Shown here piece by piece: positions 11,050-19,470 of a DNA stretch of 64,000 nt (its first letter is position 1; each line of letters opens with the position of its first letter). The notes under the pieces are model-generated. The model did no database searches and was not told the origin of the DNA. It was given only the letters and a program-made list of their open reading frames with translations. The DNA lies in IMG/VR virus record IMGVR_UViG_3300028654_000001, positions 448,572 to 512,571 of that record; one strand, given 5' to 3'. Made by a program: the position numbers and the translations under genes.

Positions 11050-11828
11050 GTAAGTGATTGAGCTTGATTTGGTAAATGGTGTCTACCCCCTGACCAGTAC
11101 CCGCGAGGTGGGGTCTTTATATTAAACCGCGTACACATGCGCTTCACAGCAACACCTGAAACACCAATAAGTTTTGAAACTTTAGCTACTGGATTTGACC
11201 AGACCAAGTTCCGGAGAACTTCAGGACTCGGCCAACTTCCCTTTCTTGGACGTCTAGGTGATCCATTAGAGTTCCTACAAGAAGACGAGCAGTACTCAGT
11301 AGTAACTTGACCGTTCTGCCTCTGCTTGGCCTGAAACTCAGAATGGCATACAACACAACCTATCGTAATATACTTAGAATTACTAGAAGTTGGCATCTGA
11401 GAGTGGCAGTTAGGGCATAGGAACCTGAGGTTAGAAGGAACATTATTAGCCCAAATCCCATCAATATGATCAACCTCCAGAGTCAACTTCTTCCCTTTCC
11501 AAACAGGAGAGCAGTTACACTCACTACAAATGTAGGGAACCCCAGATTCAATCAGAGCGTTCCGTAACCTACGCCCACTCTGGCGATACTTGGCGTTGTA
11601 GACCAAGATGGCTTTCCAGTCTTTCCGGGCATGGAGTCCTCTTTCACAATAACGATTACCAACGAAATGTGAATGGTCTATCTCAAACAAATCAAGTCTA
11701 CCACGTAAGTAGGTGCTCATCCCCCCTGAGTAAGATCCAATACCCAGATAACGAAGAACATCTGCCATATTATGAGACCTCAGAGCCGCTTCAGTTAGTA
11801 ACTCTTTGGTGTACTGGGATCGTTTCAT
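11040..11828 (-). CDS. HNH homing endonuclease
   Basis: CSECN..WKGKKLTLEVDHIDG..NNVPSNLRFLCPNCHSQ; stop inside tRNA-Val 5' end. Confidence 0.9.
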   Translation of the reverse strand: MKRSQYTKELLTEAALRSHNMADVLRYLGIGSYSGGMSTYLRGRLDLFEIDHSHFVGNRYCERGLHARKDWKAILVYNAKYRQSGRRLRNALIESGVPYICSECNCSPVWKGKKLTLEVDHIDGIWANNVPSNLRFLCPNCHSQMPTSSNSKYITIGCVVCHSEFQAKQRQNGQVTTEYCSSSCRNSNGSPRRPRKGSWPSPEVLRNLVWSNPVAKVSKLIGVSGVAVKRMCTRFNIKTPPRGYWSGGRHHLPNQAQSLTAP

Positions 11829-11892
11829 AGTAGAGATCCTAGCACAAGAGAAGATATGTTTCTACTCTCAGAAGTTAGCAGTATTAGTGTAG

Positions 11893-11966
11893 TGCTGAAA
11901 GAGGGACTCGAACCCTCAACCTACGGCTTATGAAACCGTCGCTCTAGCCTGTTGAGCTACATCAGC
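11893..11966 (-). tRNA. tRNA-Met(CAT) with Thr-like body
   Basis: Loop TT-CAT-AA; 5' GCTGATGTAGCTCAA identical to the Thr(TGT/CGT) genes. Confidence 0.85.
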
Positions 11967-11977
11967 ATGAAGAGAGG

Positions 11978-12166
11978 TTACGCCAAACCTCTACTCTTTA
12001 GCTTGAATATCACCTGCATGACAGCAGGGTCATCCTTGCTTGGTAACTTGATCTTGTGCAGGATCTTGTACTTACCACTAGAATCAGTGGTATCTTGACG
12101 TTCGTCACTAGGACTCGACTGGCCTCGCAGCCAAGAGTCATTCTTTGGGTCAAACTTAATGTTCAT
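11978..12166 (-). CDS. hypothetical protein
   Basis: ATGA-coupled to upstream ART gene. Confidence 0.5.
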   Translation of the reverse strand: MNIKFDPKNDSWLRGQSSPSDERQDTTDSSGKYKILHKIKLPSKDDPAVMQVIFKLKSRGLA

Positions 12167-13353
12167 ATAACCCGCCCCTCATGAGCCCCACCCACAACCA
12201 ATATTTCAGCCTCAGTCTCGAGCTCTGGGTGTGTGATATTTGACATCAAGACTTTTTCTACTGGGATCTTAAATTCAAGTGCGGTGCCAAAGGCGGATGC
12301 ACGAGAAGAATCGTAACTGAAAGACGAGATGGACCTTGTGTCCAAACTGGCTTCCTGCCCTTTTTTAGACTTCTCGAGCCCTTGACCTTGAACCCCTCTG
12401 AACAGAGTTAGCTCTTTGATCCCCAAGTGCTTGTAGTAGGCCTGAGAGAAGTCATAGGCATCTTGTAGGTACTTCTTGAGTTCTTTGCTTTTAGCCCCAT
12501 CCTCACGGAATCCCTTAGCTTCATCCTCATCCTCTTTTGGAGTACGAGATCCACTAACCCCCCAGGATTCAACCGCTCCAACCATATTCTGAACAGACTC
12601 TGAATCAGCAAAGTCTCCCGCGATCCTCCACCCAGCAACAGCACCCCTACCGACTTTTTGAGCCTCAGCATCCTTTTTCGACAGGTATTGCTGGAAGTAC
12701 TCGCCGAGTTTATCGCCACCAGCCCATAGAGCTTGTTCCTGAGGGCTGAGACGATCAAAGGCCTTCTTAAACTTGTTAGGATACTGATCCCCAGGAGATC
12801 TCTTCTTCATATGGGCACTCTTGAAGGACTTGACTGCCTTAGTCATCTCAGCAGTGATCCTATCAAAGTGCTCCTTGTTTTCTGCTATGATCGCATCAAG
12901 TTTTTTGGCATCAGGCTTAAATGGATTGGTTGATACCTCTTCGTCGGAGTCACCCTTTGGTTTTGCCTCTGAAACTGGTTCCTTAGTTTCAGGCTTTTTA
13001 TCATCCTGATCTTCAGGATCCTTTGACCTGCCACCAGAGGTGTCCTCTTCCTTCTGCTTGCCAAGCCACTCATAGTACTCTTTTATGGCCTTAGAGTAGA
13101 AGCTAGGGTTCTTCAAAGCAGTACTAAAGGAGACTTCCTTGTTCTTCTTACGAGAATCAGAATCGGAGCTCGGGTTGGGTACTCTTCGCTTACCACCCTC
13201 TTGAGTGGAATCTAACCACTCTTTCCACCTAGGAGGGATCTTACCCTTCTTTGAAGACTCTTCACCTTCCTCCTCACCAGTGCTAAACGCAAGCTTGGTT
13301 TGGGCTCGAGCGTATCGAGCGGCAACACGAAGGATCAGGGCAGCTTCTGACAC
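12163..13353 (-). CDS. putative ADP-ribosyltransferase (R-S-ExE type) with N-terminal RVAARY motif
   Basis: C-terminal LTLFRGV...SISSFS...ASAFG...ETEAEILV; acidic/basic linker. Confidence 0.7.
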   Translation of the reverse strand: MSEAALILRVAARYARAQTKLAFSTGEEEGEESSKKGKIPPRWKEWLDSTQEGGKRRVPNPSSDSDSRKKNKEVSFSTALKNPSFYSKAIKEYYEWLGKQKEEDTSGGRSKDPEDQDDKKPETKEPVSEAKPKGDSDEEVSTNPFKPDAKKLDAIIAENKEHFDRITAEMTKAVKSFKSAHMKKRSPGDQYPNKFKKAFDRLSPQEQALWAGGDKLGEYFQQYLSKKDAEAQKVGRGAVAGWRIAGDFADSESVQNMVGAVESWGVSGSRTPKEDEDEAKGFREDGAKSKELKKYLQDAYDFSQAYYKHLGIKELTLFRGVQGQGLEKSKKGQEASLDTRSISSFSYDSSRASAFGTALEFKIPVEKVLMSNITHPELETEAEILVVGGAHEGRVI

Positions 13354-13382
13354 ACAAGTTCAACCCTATAAGTCAATTAGAT

Positions 13383-13459
13383 TGGCACCCCCAGAAGAAC
13401 TCGAATCTTCAACCTCTGGCTTCGAAGGCCAACGCTCTATCCAATTGAGCTATAGGGGC
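13383..13459 (-). tRNA. tRNA-Arg(TCG)
   Basis: Loop CT-TCG-AA, A20, CCA. Confidence 0.95.
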
Positions 13460-13463
13460 ATGA

Positions 13464-13796
13464 CTAACGGGAACGATTACTACAGTGGATGCTACCACCG
13501 GCATTGGCATTCCCATGAATATCTTGACAGTTGACGCTACCACCCGCGCTAGCTGATCCCTGGATGTTCTCAGCATGAACACTCCCTCCAGCACTCACGT
13601 TACCCGCGACATCTCCACAAGTGACAGACCCGTCAGCACGAAGGTTGACGAGAGGGGCTTCCCAGTTGATGTTGACAACACCTTGAAGACCACCCTCTAC
13701 CACCACCCCATCGATAGAGACTACCCCGTCGATTACCGAAAGGTTGGAGCCAGAGGGGCTTTCTATACGCTTACCGTTGATTACAATTACAGGCAT
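13464..13796 (-). CDS. small beta-solenoid-like repeat protein
   Basis: Repeated (S/N)AGGS(V/I) units; GGTGTA promoter just upstream. Confidence 0.65.
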   Translation of the reverse strand: MPVIVINGKRIESPSGSNLSVIDGVVSIDGVVVEGGLQGVVNINWEAPLVNLRADGSVTCGDVAGNVSAGGSVHAENIQGSASAGGSVNCQDIHGNANAGGSIHCSNRSR

Positions 13797-13816
13797 AGCC
13801 AGTAATACACCGTAGT

Positions 13817-13893
13817 TGGCGATCCTGGGGAGACTCGAACTCCCGACGTTTTGATTCGGAATCAAAGACTCTATCCAACTGAGCTACAGGATC
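13817..13893 (-). tRNA. tRNA-Arg(CCG)
   Basis: Loop TT-CCG-AA, CCA. Confidence 0.95.
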
Positions 13894-13895
13894 AT

Positions 13896-13971
13896 TGGTG
13901 TCCACAGGTGGGATCGAACCACCGGCCTCTCGGTTCGCAGCCGAACGCTCTATCCTCTGAGCTATGCGGAC
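13896..13971 (-). tRNA. tRNA-Arg(GCG)
   Basis: Loop CT-GCG-AA, GGATAGAGC D arm, CCA. Confidence 0.92.
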
Positions 13972-14008
13972 ATGTTAGTAACGGGGTACCGCTACTAACT
14001 TGACCTAG

Positions 14009-14518
14009 CTAGTAGCGGTAGAGTTGAGCCTCTAGGGGAACAGTATCCTTACTGAAGGTTCCCTCTTGACCCTCAGGAATCAGTACAATACTGAGATCTG
14101 GAATACTCCTCGAGAGGAACACCTCGGTACTCCAAAGGAGACCTTGCAGACCAGACCTCAGGAACTCTATCTTCGTCTCTGGGGTGAAGATATCCCTACA
14201 ATGCTTACGAACATTGCAGAAAGTACTTGCAGTCATCCAAACCCGGCTCACTCTCTTATCTAACCGCTCAACTGAAAGGAAAGCGTCAGCAATTAAGTCA
14301 GGAGTGAGTAGGGTAGGAGTTGTAAGAGATCTCTCGAAACAATGAAGGGCTTCCTTCAAGTGTTCGAGACCCTTATCTTGCATCGGGTTCTTGTTGGTCT
14401 TCTTACCAACATTAGTAGCCAGCAAGAGGAAGTCCCCTCTCATCTGATTGATGATCTCGAGCTGGCTGTCAGTGAATAACTTCTTCGGGCCAAAAACAGA
14501 CTGAATATCTAAAGGCAT
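14009..14518 (-). CDS. hypothetical protein; helical hairpin + capsid-protein-like segment
   Basis: SD GGAGG; ADAFLSVERLDKRVSRVWM...GLLWSTEVFLSRSIP recalls a major-capsid A-domain segment. Confidence 0.55.
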   Translation of the reverse strand: MPLDIQSVFGPKKLFTDSQLEIINQMRGDFLLLATNVGKKTNKNPMQDKGLEHLKEALHCFERSLTTPTLLTPDLIADAFLSVERLDKRVSRVWMTASTFCNVRKHCRDIFTPETKIEFLRSGLQGLLWSTEVFLSRSIPDLSIVLIPEGQEGTFSKDTVPLEAQLYRY

Positions 14519-14545
14519 GATAACCTCCAGAACTCAAATACACCA

Positions 14546-14621
14546 TGGTACCTCCGGCAGGATTCGAACCTGCAATAAACAGTTTAGAAAACTGCGAGTC
14601 TATCCGTTGACCTACGGAGGC
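14546..14621 (-). tRNA. tRNA-Arg(TCT)
   Basis: Loop TT-TCT-AA, CCA. Confidence 0.95.
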
Positions 14622-14627
14622 ATGAAC

Positions 14628-15185
14628 TCAAACAACGAATCCGCCCAGGTTCCCAGCCATGAGCTCTTCATAGTCATACGTCTTTCCAAGACAATCCTTG
14701 ATGGTAACATCCTTGGTTCCGAACCCCATGAGATGCCCATCGTAGATTAGGATCTTGTCCGGTACCTTGGACTCACACCGAACGAACTTCTGACCTCTCT
14801 CGGTGATTCGGTACCGACCCGTCATGTCGACAACGGGCTTGTTACTCAAGACCGACTTCTTCACCGGCTGGTGCTCTTCAATGAGCTTCCAGCACTTGAG
14901 CTTGGACCACTCTCCGCCACGGACCTCAGACCCGACTGCAGCCATGTTCTCGAGGTACTTGGACACGTGAAGCCAATCCTCCGGAGTGTCCAGGAAGTGT
15001 CGGTACATCAAGATGAGTACGTAGGCCATCGTTGGGGATAAGTCCTTCTCGAGCACCCTCACCAACTGCTTGCAACAAGGGCAGATGACTCCAGAGCCCC
15101 GGACCCTTTGCTGCATCTGCTCCTGAGCTTTTGCAACCGTAGTGGTCTTAGGGTCAAGGTTGATCTCGAAGGGCTTCTTCGGCAT
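14628..15185 (-). CDS. conserved phage protein (Zn knuckle + winged-helix-like)
   Basis: CPCCKQ, WSKLKCWKLIE, GRYRITERGQKFV. Confidence 0.65.
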   Translation of the reverse strand: MPKKPFEINLDPKTTTVAKAQEQMQQRVRGSGVICPCCKQLVRVLEKDLSPTMAYVLILMYRHFLDTPEDWLHVSKYLENMAAVGSEVRGGEWSKLKCWKLIEEHQPVKKSVLSNKPVVDMTGRYRITERGQKFVRCESKVPDKILIYDGHLMGFGTKDVTIKDCLGKTYDYEELMAGNLGGFVV

Positions 15186-15210
15186 GCGATGTGATTACAC
15201 CTAAAAGATC

Positions 15211-15312
15211 AGGAGAGACAAGAAGAGCGAAAAGAGTGCTCACCTAATGAGCTACCCACCCGAAGGCGGCTACGGAGTTGAACCATTGTACTTCTCGCGG
15301 GCATTCTCCCCT
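15211..15312 (-). ncRNA. Y RNA (YrlA-like) copy A
   Basis: GAATGC..GAAGTACAAT..CTTGTC stem enclosing T-loop GGTTCAACTCC, closed acceptor hairpin, D arm TAGCTCATTAGGTGAGC. Confidence 0.85.
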
Positions 15313-15316
15313 TTAG

Positions 15317-15388
15317 AGCGGGTAACCAGACTCGAACTGGTGACATTCAACTTGGAAGGATGACGTTCTACCACTGAACTATACCCGC
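15317..15388 (-). tRNA. tRNA-Gly(TCC)
   Basis: GCG start, loop CT-TCC-AA, U73. Confidence 0.95.
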
Positions 15389-15393
15389 ATTAG

Positions 15394-15465
15394 AGTCGAG
15401 GATGAGATTCGAACTCACATACAACGGTTTTGCAAACCGCCCCCTGACCATTCGGGCACCTCGAC
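15394..15465 (-). tRNA. tRNA-Cys(GCA)
   Basis: Loop TT-GCA-AA, U73. Confidence 0.93.
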
Positions 15466-15476
15466 GTAATGTATAG

Positions 15477-15549
15477 AGCGGGCGATCGGGATCGAACCGA
15501 CCAGATCCTGATTGGCAACCAGGTACCTCACCGTTGAGGAGTCACCCGC
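15477..15549 (-). tRNA. tRNA-Gly(GCC), possibly 8/4 fold
   Basis: Loop TT-GCC-AA; acceptor GCGGGTG(A)/(T)CGCCCGC. Confidence 0.85.
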
Positions 15550-15551
15550 AC

Positions 15552-15586
15552 AAAAAGAAGGAAGCCCGGTTCTCACTAGGCTTCCT
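15552..15586 (-). terminator. intrinsic terminator inside tRNA array
   Basis: AGGAAGCC..GGCTTCCT followed by TCTTTTT. Confidence 0.6.
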
Positions 15587-15657
15587 ACAGGGGCGAACCG
15601 GTTTCCCAGTTTTGCCCTCCACCACGGATTACCCACGTTTTACGGGGTTATCTCCGG

Positions 15658-15730
15658 AGCCCACACCCGGACTTGAACCGGGCACCCCGTCCTTACCAAG
15701 GACGTGCTCTACCAAATGAGCTATGCGGGC
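15658..15730 (-). tRNA. tRNA-Thr(GGT)
   Basis: Loop TT-GGT-AA. Confidence 0.95.
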
Positions 15731-15731
15731 A

Positions 15732-16046
15732 TTATGACTTACGGTTAGGGAACTTTGACTTGGGGTTGACTGAGAACCCCAAAAGAAGGTTGTGGTCATT
15801 ATCATCGTAGTTCCCGCAAAGGTACCCAACCTCGGTACCCGGGATGGTCCCTATGACCCCATTGAGGAGGCCTAGGATGCTAAGAGTGGTTCGGTTAGCC
15901 ACCCGAACTTGAACCGTAGGGTGATCTGCTAGGACCTCATTCGCCGGAACTCGATGGGCGAACAAGGCCTTGATGGCCTCAGGATCAATCTGAAAGTATT
16001 CATTGAGGCACTTCACAATGTGCTCTGCTAGCTCTATCTGATCCAT
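15732..16046 (-). CDS. conserved phage hypothetical protein
   Basis: DPEAIKALFAHRVPANEVLADHPTVQV..LGLLNG; start at ATG after GGTGTA promoter. Confidence 0.7.
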   Translation of the reverse strand: MDQIELAEHIVKCLNEYFQIDPEAIKALFAHRVPANEVLADHPTVQVRVANRTTLSILGLLNGVIGTIPGTEVGYLCGNYDDNDHNLLLGFSVNPKSKFPNRKS

Positions 16047-16064
16047 GATAACCAGATACACCAG

Positions 16065-16137
16065 AGCGGGAAAAGGGACTCGAACCCTCGACATTTTGGT
16101 TGGGAACCAAGTACTCTACCAACTGAGTTACTCCCGC
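16065..16137 (-). tRNA. tRNA-Gly(CCC)
   Basis: Loop TT-CCC-AA. Confidence 0.95.
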
Positions 16138-16141
16138 AAAA

Positions 16142-16693
16142 TCAGATCTTCTTCTCGATCTCTTCCCACACCTCGAGTGCGGCCTGAGTCCTCTTCATAT
16201 CAGCTTCTGACTCAGGCCTAGGTATGCCATTGATCTCAAAGACAGCGGTAGCGGAGATCAATGCTTTGAGCAACTTGATTTTCTGCTTGGTGAAAGCCTT
16301 GAGAACCTTGAAGTCAGCTTTGGGGAAAGCTTCTACGAAGTCCAGGACATCCGTCTCGTCCGTGTACTCAGTGATGGCTGCCCAAGTCACATGCTCCTGA
16401 TTGTCCAAGTACATGCACGCGGCTATCATCACGTAGGTACTTGCCTTGGGCTTGTTCCACGTACCAGGACGAGCCTTCGGATTCATTGTCTGACTACAGA
16501 ATCGCCACCCTTTCTTTGGAGCATACTCGAGCCAGTAACGAATGGTTGTTCGAAGCTTGAACCCATAGGGGTAGTCATTGACGAAGTACCCATTCTCCTT
16601 GCTGTCGTAGCCATACAGGGGCTTGCCAAACTTGTTGGCAAGCTTGACTGTTTGCAGATACCCCTTTATGACCCGAGCAACTAGAAGATCCAT
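16142..16693 (-). CDS. hypothetical protein with N-terminal LVARVI motif
   Basis: DYPYGFKLRTTIRYWLE..WNKPKASTY; class-2 promoter upstream. Confidence 0.7.
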   Translation of the reverse strand: MDLLVARVIKGYLQTVKLANKFGKPLYGYDSKENGYFVNDYPYGFKLRTTIRYWLEYAPKKGWRFCSQTMNPKARPGTWNKPKASTYVMIAACMYLDNQEHVTWAAITEYTDETDVLDFVEAFPKADFKVLKAFTKQKIKLLKALISATAVFEINGIPRPESEADMKRTQAALEVWEEIEKKI

Positions 16694-16721
16694 ACCTGAT
16701 TGATTGAGATAAGAGGATTAG

Positions 16722-16795
16722 AGCTGACGAGGAGAATCGAACTCCTAACCCCTGGTTTACAAAACCAGAGCTCTACCGGATTGAGCTACATCAGC
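16722..16795 (-). tRNA. tRNA-Thr(TGT)
   Basis: Loop TT-TGT-AA. Confidence 0.95.
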
Positions 16796-16797
16796 AT

Positions 16798-16928
16798 TGG
16801 GTTACTATTGCCAGTGGATTATCCCCGTTCTGGCCCGGAGTAACCACCGGTATTGGCAGCGATTGTACATTACTCTCTAGGTTCACGCGTAGTACCCAGA
16901 TCATCTGGCCTAAGGCATTGCCAGATCC
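16798..16928 (-). ncRNA. candidate structured RNA between tRNAs
   Basis: Stems ATCTGGC/GCCAGAT, TGGGT-ACTA/TAGTAACCCA, TGCCA/TGGCA, CCGG/CCGG. Confidence 0.45.
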
Positions 16929-16930
16929 AG

Positions 16931-17003
16931 TGGATCGGAGGAGAGTTGAACTCCTGCTCTCTCCCGTGCGAGGGGAGCGTTTTCCCAATTAAACTACCGA
17001 CCC
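16931..17003 (-). tRNA. tRNA-Ala(CGC)
   Basis: G3.U70, loop CT-CGC-AC. Confidence 0.93.
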
Positions 17004-17015
17004 CATGAAGTTTAG

Positions 17016-17116
17016 TGCCGAGTGCATTGCCGAGTCGAACGGCTTCTCAATCCAGAGCGAGGGAGGAAATGAACCTCCACAGGGCGTCCCCTGCACGACC
17101 AATCATACACTCGACA
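17016..17116 (-). ncRNA. aberrant tRNA-like RNA with 12-bp acceptor-like stem
   Basis: TGTCGAGTGTAT/ATGCACTCGGCA, 6-bp D-like stem, GGAGG-TTCATTT-CCTCC, T-arm GCCG-TTCGACT-CGGC. Confidence 0.55.
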
Positions 17117-17193
17117 TGGTGGAAGTGAAGGGACTCGAACCCTCAACCTTTGGCTTGCAAAGCCACTGCTCTCCCAAATTGAGCTACACCCCC
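17117..17193 (-). tRNA. tRNA-Ala(TGC)
   Basis: G3.U70, loop TT-TGC-AA, CCA. Confidence 0.95.
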
Positions 17194-17196
17194 ATA

Positions 17197-17406
17197 TTAC
17201 TGGTCAACAATCTCTACTTCACTCTCTTTCCACCAGTAGAGTGGAAAGTCCAACATCACATACCCTATGTAAGGTGGGTGATTTGGCATACTTGTAACAA
17301 CTCGTGTACTGGGTAATGGCTTTTCGATATCAAGCCCATTACGTAACAGGTAGTTATTCCAGGCCTCGGGTTTAATCTTTACGAGTGTACCTACTGAAAG
17401 ATCCAT
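17197..17406 (-). CDS. small SH3/KOW-like hypothetical protein
   Basis: LSVGTLVKIK..WWKESEVEIV; GGTGTA promoter 11 nt upstream. Confidence 0.6.
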   Translation of the reverse strand: MDLSVGTLVKIKPEAWNNYLLRNGLDIEKPLPSTRVVTSMPNHPPYIGYVMLDFPLYWWKESEVEIVDQ

Positions 17407-17604
17407 ACGGATCTATACACCATATCAGTGATAATTATCAGGACGCTGACAACTACTATCATGATGAAGATACTCACCTTGATAGCACCAAGAATCACAG
17501 TAACCACAGACTTGAACGGTGGGTTCCTTTTTGGGTTCCGACTTATGTTCCTTCAAAATCTCTGCTTCCATGGTAACCTCAACTGAGTCACAAAAAAAGA
17601 AGAT

Positions 17605-17848
17605 TGGTGGACAGGATCGGAATCGAACCGACAATCAACACATTGACCTCTTAGGACAACACGCTTCCCTAGCGACCTGGGGTCTCCATGCCATTCGGTG
17701 CTTCTGAAACCTTGGTCAAACCTTCCAGAGTTGTCAAGGCCCGAGCCGCGCCCTGCCTCGCTCCCCTCTTTCCAGCTATGCGTTGGGGAGTCAACCCAAT
17801 CACAACCTTGTTTTTAGTGGTGCCTTCCCAATTTAGGCTATCCAGCCC
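17605..17848 (-). ncRNA. 244-nt Ala-acceptor tRNA-like RNA with ~170-nt insert in place of anticodon arm
   Basis: 5' GGGCTGGA-TAGCCTAAATTGGGAAGGC; 3' GTCGGTTCGATTCCGAT-CCTGTCC-ACCA; G3.U70, A73. Confidence 0.75.
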
Positions 17849-18330
17849 ATAGTGGAACATGCCGGACTCGAACCGGCCACCTCTTGCCTGCCAGGCAAGC
17901 GCTCTCCCAGATGAGCTAATGCCCCATTCTTTCTACCGTGACCTACGTTAAGAGACCCAAATGTTGGGGTAAGCGAGTGACAGTTTGGACATAAGAAGGT
18001 CAGGTTGGTTTCGATTGAGTTGTGAGGATTTCCGTCTAGGTGCTCAACATTCACAGGGACCTTACCTGTTACCGGGTTCTTCTCAGCCCAATCACACCTA
18101 GTACAGTTTTCTCCGTACTTACTTATGAGGTACCTGCGAACATGACTTGAGACCCTAAGGTCTCGGCCATGACTGATGTTACCTGTTTCAAGACCCGACT
18201 TCCATCGATCAATGTACTCAAGGTACTGTTGCTCAAGCTGGCAGTAGTTCGAACAGTACTTGCTCCTGAGGTTGGTGACAGATTTGCCGCATATTGGGCA
18301 TGGTTTTCTATCCCTACGGGGTCTAGCCAT
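17833..18330 (-). CDS. HNH homing endonuclease (reads through tRNA-Ala)
   Basis: CTRCDW..VPVNVEHLDGN..NLTFLCPNCHSLTPTF. Confidence 0.88.
   Translation of the reverse strand: MARPRRDRKPCPICGKSVTNLRSKYCSNYCQLEQQYLEYIDRWKSGLETGNISHGRDLRVSSHVRRYLISKYGENCTRCDWAEKNPVTGKVPVNVEHLDGNPHNSIETNLTFLCPNCHSLTPTFGSLNVGHGRKNGALAHLGERLPGRQEVAGSSPACSTMGWIA
17853..17925 (-). tRNA. tRNA-Ala(GGC)
   Basis: G3.U70, loop CT-GGC-AG. Confidence 0.95.
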
Positions 18331-18372
18331 GCTTTATGGAGAGCATAGGTGAATTACCAGACCGCTCTCACA

Positions 18373-18861
18373 TTACTTACGAATCTTGGACATGAGCTTT
18401 CGACCCATGTTCATCATGTGCATACCTACAACCTCTGGATCAGCTACAATCTCTTTCAATTCAACTAGCTTTGAAAAGTCTGGCTTACCACTGATTGTGA
18501 ATGGTATGTATGACATGCTGATAGTTGTCATCTCTCCACGAATCCCTAGGTGCATCGCTATTGAGTCAACGGGTTGGGGTGGGGCAAAAAAGTAATAGAT
18601 CTCATGTAAACGCGCTGAAGCGTTCACTGAGTATTTATCCCCAAGAGTCTTCCGAAACAAGTTCAGCAAATTAGGTAGGAGTAAGTTTACGGACTCCTTA
18701 GCCAGAGCAAAAATAGGTTTATCACCAGAGGGGGCAAAAGCTAGCTTGTCCTGAAACCTAGAGAAAACCCAATCAGGGATTGGTGGGTTCCACCCTGACA
18801 TGGCTACCCGGAAGTTCCAGCTGGCGACAACTCTTCTAACTAGAGGATCCATTCTAGCCAA
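18373..18861 (-). CDS. hypothetical protein with N-terminal DPLVRRVVA motif
   Basis: 162-aa ORF; class-2 promoter. Confidence 0.65.
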   Translation of the reverse strand: MARMDPLVRRVVASWNFRVAMSGWNPPIPDWVFSRFQDKLAFAPSGDKPIFALAKESVNLLLPNLLNLFRKTLGDKYSVNASARLHEIYYFFAPPQPVDSIAMHLGIRGEMTTISMSYIPFTISGKPDFSKLVELKEIVADPEVVGMHMMNMGRKLMSKIRK

Positions 18862-18880
18862 GGAAGGCTATAGATAGTTC

Positions 18881-19096
18881 CTACTTGCTGTACTTCCGGA
18901 TGTGATGCACAACCCCTTGAGGGTCATATTGATCAAAGTAATCAGCAACTTGCTCACGCTCCGTGTGAAGTTCAGCAAGCTCTTTGATTGTCAACTTGCG
19001 GTGATTGCGAATGCCATCCGTTGTTTGGAGCATACACATTCCACAGCAGCCCTTGATTCCAGCTCTACGCCGGTGATTCCGTTTGAAGTTTGCCAT
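18881..19096 (-). CDS. small basic Cys-rich protein
   Basis: MANFKRNHRRR..CCGMC; SD GGAG upstream. Confidence 0.55.
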   Translation of the reverse strand: MANFKRNHRRRAGIKGCCGMCMLQTTDGIRNHRKLTIKELAELHTEREQVADYFDQYDPQGVVHHIRKYSK

Positions 19097-19142
19097 GAGA
19101 TCTCCGTGCCGCCGTCAGCGGCTTGAACGTGATCTCAGACAA

Positions 19143-19218
19143 TGGTTGGGATGCAGGGATTCGAACCCCGATACACGGCACCAGAAACCGCGGCCCTAGC
19201 CAGTTAGACGACATCCCA
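19143..19218 (-). tRNA. tRNA-Gln(CTG)
   Basis: U1-A72, loop TT-CTG-GT, CCA. Confidence 0.92.
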
Positions 19219-19223
19219 ATGCG

Positions 19224-19460
19224 TTATGAACCTTGAAGGAAGCCAGCGAGTAAGTCAAGTTGATTTGTTCTAGGTAGTGGCTTGAGTAACTCGAGCTCCG
19301 CCTCGAACTCCCTCAAGGGGGCTAGAGCTGCTTCTAGATCCACATCCACTACATCTTCGGACACTGCCCTTAGTGAAGAGGCCCAGCAGGCATAGCTGCA
19401 GTATTCGGCTCTAGGATAGACAACCGGTCTGACACCACACCACGGACAAGGTCTCTTCAT
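19224..19460 (-). CDS. small zinc-finger protein
   Basis: CPWC..YCSYAC. Confidence 0.5.
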   Translation of the reverse strand: MKRPCPWCGVRPVVYPRAEYCSYACWASSLRAVSEDVVDVDLEAALAPLREFEAELELLKPLPRTNQLDLLAGFLQGS

Positions 19461-19470
19461 AGGACATTAG

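Noticed and set aside
15587-15620. c-di-GMP-I riboswitch (GGCAAAAC..GAAA..)
   Set aside because: Lacks the following GACGCAAAG and second stem; appears to be a simple GNRA hairpin before a terminator
17016-17116. tRNA-Sec
   Set aside because: TCA is off-centre in the loop, and the linker and acceptor length do not match 8/5 or 9/4 Sec folds
17640-17815. Group I intron in a tRNA-Ala
   Set aside because: No recognisable P7 (GACUA/UAGUC) or P4/P6 consensus, and no anticodon loop can be rebuilt by a U|...G splice
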